The notes below the pieces were generated by a model. That model did not search any database, was not told where the DNA came from, and was given only the letters and a program-made list of their open reading frames with translations. From the IMG/VR virus record IMGVR_UViG_2814123225_000005: 28,638 nucleotides of DNA. The stretch is one strand, 5' to 3'. Origin of the DNA: a virus. A program made the translations under genes and the position numbers. Below are positions 24,077-28,638 of this stretch, piece by piece (the stretch's first letter is position 1; each line of letters opens with the position of its first letter).

Positions 24077-24592
24077 TCATTTCCTCTTTAGAAATAAAAC
24101 GGCATTTACATCCCCATAACGTTCACGAAGTGTGCGTAACCCTCGCCGTCCCTTTTCTGCATTGGGCACTAGTGGCTCTGTTGCAGCTCGCTCCCAACTC
24201 CAGCCACAGGACACACGGAATAGAAATGTTTTATAGCTTATCCCATTGTTTTCAGCCTTTTTGATGAGTTCGACAGGATATTTACGCTTAGCTTCACGCT
24301 GTTTCTTTAGTTGGTGTCTATATTGTTCAGTGGTCCATTTCGGTTCTGTTGCAGCTTGCTCCTCAGACCATCCGTACCTTATCCGATTATCGAATACTTG
24401 GCGACTGATCCCATTCTGTTTAGCGATTTCAACCCATTTACTACGATCCTTATGTTTTCGAGGCGGTGTATGGATGGCTCTATCCTTTGACCAACCCTCG
24501 TAACGAATACGACATTCAAGCCTGTTAGCCGATACTCCGTTCTTAGCGGCTTCTTCATATTCTTCCGGAGTGATATAAAAATAATGGCTCAT
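24077..24592 (-). CDS. Phage protein with three tandem HTH-like repeats (A..NGIS...F..R...GWS.E.A...P)
   Basis: Three internal repeats visible in the translation; GGAG RBS. Confidence 0.75.
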   Translation of the reverse strand: MSHYFYITPEEYEEAAKNGVSANRLECRIRYEGWSKDRAIHTPPRKHKDRSKWVEIAKQNGISRQVFDNRIRYGWSEEQAATEPKWTTEQYRHQLKKQREAKRKYPVELIKKAENNGISYKTFLFRVSCGWSWERAATEPLVPNAEKGRRGLRTLRERYGDVNAVLFLKRK

Positions 24593-24606
24593 TTATGGTC
24601 AACTCC

Positions 24607-24828
24607 TTAATATGGCTTTTTGTACAATCCCCCGTCATCGCCTACGGTTAAGGTTGGTTCTACAACTTTCTTGTGTGTCCTTACATTACCTACCGGACGC
24701 AAATAATAGGCATAAAAATCACTTGCACAGTTCTGACTGCAAAAATATATATCCGACCAATGGTCGTACTGAATATCCATATCTTCTTTCAGGCGTTTAC
24801 TGCATTTTTCACAACGCATTATTTCCAT
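24607..24828 (-). CDS. Small Cys-rich (Zn-finger-like) hypothetical protein
   Basis: CEKC and FCSQNC; GGAGG RBS. Confidence 0.7.
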   Translation of the reverse strand: MEIMRCEKCSKRLKEDMDIQYDHWSDIYFCSQNCASDFYAYYLRPVGNVRTHKKVVEPTLTVGDDGGLYKKPY

Positions 24829-25029
24829 TTACTTTTTCCTCCTCGTTTTTACACGAACGTCCACCATGGTTTTCCGGTTGTATTTATTTAAGTGCTTAGT
24901 TCGTTCTCTTACTTCTTCCAATTCTTCCGGTGTCAGCGTATACGTAATAACTTCGCTGTTTACTTCTCCGTTCGGTTCGATGTTCCGGTTAGGCACAATC
25001 GTCCTTCGTTTCGTTCCGTTTTTGACCAT
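24829..25029 (-). CDS. Small hypothetical phage protein
   Basis: VITYTLTPEELEE motif, AGGAGAG RBS, in operon. Confidence 0.6.
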   Translation of the reverse strand: MVKNGTKRRTIVPNRNIEPNGEVNSEVITYTLTPEELEEVRERTKHLNKYNRKTMVDVRVKTRRKK

Positions 25030-25456
25030 GTAGACTCTCCTTTCTGCCTCTGAATATCACAACCGCGTTAGGAAACGGTGCATTATGAGGGGAACCACCA
25101 AATTTCAATCTGCCTCTGATGAATCGGATTTCCCCCTTCATGCAATAACCATGCCACCATTTTGTGTCAGTTCGTGATGGGACTAAACATACTACGGTTG
25201 CGCCTTCCAATGACGATTCATACGCTTTTGCAATCCATTTACCGATCTGACGGCCATACGGTGGATTCATCCAGCAGGCACCTTTCCATTCCTGTTTTAG
25301 GCCGTCTTCAGATGGCGTGAAATATCGTTTGCATTTGGCGTTTTCGGGTATGGCGCAAACATCCAAATCAAATTTAAATTCTTCGTTAAGTCTATCGAAT
25401 AGATTTTGGGGCGTTTCCCACATATCTGTTTTGGAGGAGTAATGTACTTTGTTCAC
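24989..25456 (-). CDS. Phage DNA N6-adenine methyltransferase (Dam-type)
   Basis: WETPQ, FDLDVCA, DGLKQEW, catalytic NPPY, LVPSRTDTKWWH, IRFIRGRLKF. Confidence 0.92.
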   Translation of the reverse strand: MNKVHYSSKTDMWETPQNLFDRLNEEFKFDLDVCAIPENAKCKRYFTPSEDGLKQEWKGACWMNPPYGRQIGKWIAKAYESSLEGATVVCLVPSRTDTKWWHGYCMKGEIRFIRGRLKFGGSPHNAPFPNAVVIFRGRKESLHGQKRNETKDDCA

Positions 25457-25468
25457 TCCATCCCCTCC

Positions 25469-27160
25469 TCAATTAAGGAAATCTTGAATGCGTTTCTTAG
25501 CTACTTCCACATACCATTTCCGATCTAATTTTCTTGGCACTGATGCTTTAGTTACATCTCCGTTTTCAATGAAACAGCGTTCTGGAGTATTCGCTATCTT
25601 CTCGGTTCGCAACTCTCCTTTTACATCTTTCACCTTAAATACTCCACTGTCTCCCCGGCCACGTGAAGCAAAGACTCGTAGAACCTTCTCACTTAATTGC
25701 TTATCTCCGTGCATCCCATACAAATATTTACCGCTCACTTTGACGATTTTCTGAAATTCTCGAAGTTGATTACAACTATTAATTATTTCTTCTGGATCTG
25801 CCCCATGTATGAAGTAATCTACAATAGCCTTGTTCACGATTGGTAAGTCATAGTCCAAATTGTTTAATTTTTTGACATATCCGCCTTTGCTCTTGTAGCT
25901 CCCGTCCTGATGAATGACAATATAGTTATTAACATCTTTTTGATAAATTCGCTCGAATTCTTCAAACTCTAATACCATCCTAGTCCGTTGTTCCCATTCG
26001 GAGCAGATTTCACGAACACGATCGATGTCCCGGCGGCGCTGAACCTTTACAATTAAACCGTCTGTATTGGATTGGATGAGTTCGCAGCATCCTTCTAAAT
26101 GTTCTATGAGGTCCAACAGTAGGAGTTGACCGCCTACGCATACGTTGTTCGCCTGGCGAGGGTCATAAAGCCCGTTATACTTATCTTTCATAGCTCCATA
26201 AGTTCCGTTTAAAACAATTTTATAAGGAGCCTGCATTGGATTCTTTTCAGCTTTTAACCGAATCCGTTCGTCTCTGATTTGGCGATATTTATTAAGATCC
26301 GCCACATTTCGAGATAAGAATCCATACTCAATCATGAGGGCTGGATAATACGAAGCTACATCTATATTTAAGAAAATTCCCTTCCCTTGATAGTTTGGAA
26401 TGGCTCCGTGAATTCCACCCCAGGCAAAAACATGCTCAACCCCTGCCACTTCCGTAATTAGGTACTTTTTATAATCCCGGTTTTCTTGGTCAGCGTACCA
26501 TTCAACAACGTGTTTATATTTTTTGATCCTTAGCGTGTCCGGTATGGTTATATCAAATTCATCATCCCGACTGATTCGTTTAGCTCCCAATATGATTGCG
26601 GATAGTTGGGCTTTCGTTTTGTTTACATGGGATAAAGGTAAAGAAAATGCCTTAATTAATCCCATTTGAGATTCGAATTCTTCCACTCGATTTAGAAACA
26701 CTTCCATTGTCTGTTCAACGTCATGCCGACAATACCGAATGACTTCTTGGATTTCCGCATCTGTCAGTTTCCGATCAATATCAAAAGGAACTGACGTTTC
26801 TTTGATATTGCTTCCCATGAATCCCTCCAACTCTTTCAAGCCTCGATAACGATCTGTCATGATATCAAAATTATTCAATGGAACTTTAATAAACAACCGA
26901 CTATAATTCCAACCTCCTTGTTTTTTAGCAATGATATGTTGGGAAACATCGTAAGGGTCGAAATCGCACAGGATAGCTTTAAGGATGTACTGGTCATACT
27001 GCCTTGAGTTAAATCCGCACCAGATATTACTTTTGTTTGATTCGTAGAATTGTTTGAACTGTTCGGGATCATTGACAATGATTGTACTGGACCGCGAATC
27101 TGTATCATTGAGGACGACTAGCCAATCATATTTAAAAACTTCAAAGTCATAGAAGATCAT
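25469..27160 (-). CDS. Family B-like DNA polymerase with N-terminal exonuclease domain
   Basis: ExoI YDFE, GFNSRQYD, YCRHDV; motif A DVASYYP, motif B KIVLNGTYG, motif C SNTDG. Confidence 0.88.
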   Translation of the reverse strand: MIFYDFEVFKYDWLVVLNDTDSRSSTIIVNDPEQFKQFYESNKSNIWCGFNSRQYDQYILKAILCDFDPYDVSQHIIAKKQGGWNYSRLFIKVPLNNFDIMTDRYRGLKELEGFMGSNIKETSVPFDIDRKLTDAEIQEVIRYCRHDVEQTMEVFLNRVEEFESQMGLIKAFSLPLSHVNKTKAQLSAIILGAKRISRDDEFDITIPDTLRIKKYKHVVEWYADQENRDYKKYLITEVAGVEHVFAWGGIHGAIPNYQGKGIFLNIDVASYYPALMIEYGFLSRNVADLNKYRQIRDERIRLKAEKNPMQAPYKIVLNGTYGAMKDKYNGLYDPRQANNVCVGGQLLLLDLIEHLEGCCELIQSNTDGLIVKVQRRRDIDRVREICSEWEQRTRMVLEFEEFERIYQKDVNNYIVIHQDGSYKSKGGYVKKLNNLDYDLPIVNKAIVDYFIHGADPEEIINSCNQLREFQKIVKVSGKYLYGMHGDKQLSEKVLRVFASRGRGDSGVFKVKDVKGELRTEKIANTPERCFIENGDVTKASVPRKLDRKWYVEVAKKRIQDFLN

Positions 27161-27357
27161 GTTTCTTCATTCCTCCAATAGTCTTCAATAGCATCTTTTA
27201 CATCTGCTTCATACCTTGTATTCTTAATCAATACTTCTAGCATTCCGATTAGATAGGCTATTTTAGCTTTTATATCCCTGTCCATTTGAGATTTTATTGA
27301 TAAACCGATAATTGTCCCCAGTTTGCCTTTTACTAGCTTGTTATCATTTGTTCTCAT
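27157..27357 (-). CDS. Hypothetical protein
   Basis: GGAGG RBS; ATGA overlap with the polymerase. Confidence 0.65.
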   Translation of the reverse strand: MRTNDNKLVKGKLGTIIGLSIKSQMDRDIKAKIAYLIGMLEVLIKNTRYEADVKDAIEDYWRNEET

Positions 27358-27391
27358 CCGTTCTTATTCCTCCAGTGTAGTAATAGCGGAT

Positions 27392-27796
27392 TTACGACTC
27401 ATCCTCTGTGCCTCCTAACAAATGAGGGTCTTGGTAGATGTTCCCGATTACCGAAACGTAAGGCAACCCTTGGCTAAGTAGAAAATCATTTAAATTTGTT
27501 ATTGCCTTACAACATATATTCATGTCTTTGTCGTATCTAACTTTATATATCCCATCCACTCCAATGAATCTGTCGAAGGGATGATTTTTAATTTCTACTA
27601 TGTCATCTTCAAATATTTCAATTCCGTTGGTATCATAGAATCCCGTGAATTGCATCAGCGGTGAGAAATCTTCTTTGCTTTTTCCATTGACCATTGTGAG
27701 CATGTCTATTAAGTGTTCTTCATAGATTAAATCTTCCATATCAAACATTTTACGTGTTGGTAAAAAGCACGCACGAAACTTGATTGGTCTATTCAT
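27392..27796 (-). CDS. YopX-family protein
   Basis: MNRPIKFRA, LMQFTGFYDTNGIEIFEDDIV, VIGNIYQDPHLL. Confidence 0.9.
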   Translation of the reverse strand: MNRPIKFRACFLPTRKMFDMEDLIYEEHLIDMLTMVNGKSKEDFSPLMQFTGFYDTNGIEIFEDDIVEIKNHPFDRFIGVDGIYKVRYDKDMNICCKAITNLNDFLLSQGLPYVSVIGNIYQDPHLLGGTEDES

Positions 27797-28022
27797 CCTC
27801 TGTACCTCCTAACACCATAATGCTCGGCACACCATTCTGTGGATCTATTACCAAATTGTATTTTTCAGAAATTCCCTCCATATTGGGAAATAAATCTGAG
27901 AATACCTGATTACACAATGGGCATTGCTCTAAGTTGTGATCTACTAATTCAAAAAATGGCTTTCCGCAATTGTTACACCTACACTTACTTATAGGGATAA
28001 GCATACTGCTTGCTTTACTCAT
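27789..28022 (-). CDS. Zn-ribbon hypothetical protein (likely start MSKASS)
   Basis: CNNCGK and CPLC; overlaps end of upstream gene. Confidence 0.65.
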   Translation of the reverse strand: MSKASSMLIPISKCRCNNCGKPFFELVDHNLEQCPLCNQVFSDLFPNMEGISEKYNLVIDPQNGVPSIMVLGGTEDE

Positions 28023-28248
28023 TCTTTTCCTTCCTTTCCCATACTCCCATACTGAGCGTCCCAGTTTCGAAGTCATCTATGGATAAAGTTTCTACCTCAG
28101 TTGTATCTAATACAACTGTCATAGTATCTAAGGTGACCGTTCTAACGAGGGCGTACGTGTCCCATTCATACCCATCTTTGTCATAACCGGAGATATAAAC
28201 GGCATTTCCGATTAAAGACCGGTCAAACTCTTTTTTCGCTATAAACAT
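28015..28248 (-). CDS. Hypothetical phage protein
   Basis: GGAGG RBS, in operon. Confidence 0.65.
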   Translation of the reverse strand: MFIAKKEFDRSLIGNAVYISGYDKDGYEWDTYALVRTVTLDTMTVVLDTTEVETLSIDDFETGTLSMGVWERKEKNE

Positions 28249-28254
28249 CCGTTC

Positions 28255-28533
28255 TCATTCCTCCTTTTTTATTTCAAAACCATCAAAGTTAACCCTGAAC
28301 ACTTTCACTTTATAGGCCCCTGCTACGTCCGATAAAAAAAGTGCTAAGTTCTTACCCTTGATATAGACATCAATTGGATATTCACAAGAAAAATGTCTGG
28401 GAACTAAATTTAAGTGATAGTAGGTATCTGCCAATGGCACTTTGTTCCCGTCTGTCTCCTCTAAGTAACAACCCAACGCGCTATCTGCATCCTTGGCAGC
28501 AATATATAAATTATTGTCCTTGTATACATTCAT
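28255..28533 (-). CDS. Hypothetical phage protein
   Basis: AAGGAG RBS, in operon. Confidence 0.65.
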   Translation of the reverse strand: MNVYKDNNLYIAAKDADSALGCYLEETDGNKVPLADTYYHLNLVPRHFSCEYPIDVYIKGKNLALFLSDVAGAYKVKVFRVNFDGFEIKKEE

Positions 28534-28638
28534 CCGGTTTCAACTCCTTTTAGTTTGGTAGGGAGAAGGCCGGTGCCCTCTCCTTTATTCGTCTACTTCC
28601 CATGATAGAGAGATATAATCCTGAGCATGTTCATTGAC

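Larger units (their letters stand above)
801..28638 (-). mobile_element. Temperate siphovirus prophage (cos/HK97-like), probably Paenibacillus larvae phage-like; continues beyond the right edge; left boundary uncertain (about 830 or about 2560)
   Basis: Syntenic replication, packaging, head, tail and lysis modules; no integrase or repressor in the window. Confidence 0.9.

Overview
Almost the whole window is one temperate HK97-like siphovirus prophage of a low-GC Firmicute, written on the minus strand. The host is most likely Paenibacillus larvae, inferred from the 224-aa amidase endolysin and a CGACTGCCC cos-like 9-mer. Read right to left: small early genes (YopX-like etc.), family-B-like DNA polymerase, Dam-type N6-adenine methylase, P4/D5-type primase-helicase with a downstream iteron/AT-rich origin, DUF3310, a RinA/ArpU-like late activator and its repeat-containing late promoter, an Acb2/Tad1-like small protein, an oppositely oriented hicAB toxin-antitoxin pair, about 0.9 kb without a convincing ORF, HNH, cos, terminases, portal, Clp protease, capsid, head-tail and tail genes, and the lysis cassette. 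At the left end are a moron cassette (secreted Amidase_6-like enzyme plus a second secreted protein) and the 3' part of an IS3/IS150-family element. The most notable features not shown by the ORF track are: a CCC-TAA +1 frameshift site adding a Pro/Glu-rich tail to the capsid protein; a tail chaperone junction in the +1/-2 frame across an A11 run; three iteron-like arrays sharing one central motif; two identically spaced TTGCAAA pairs bracketing the secreted amidase cassette; and a putative anti-defence sponge gene first in the late transcript, facing hicAB. All family assignments are by motif recognition and synteny, not database searches.
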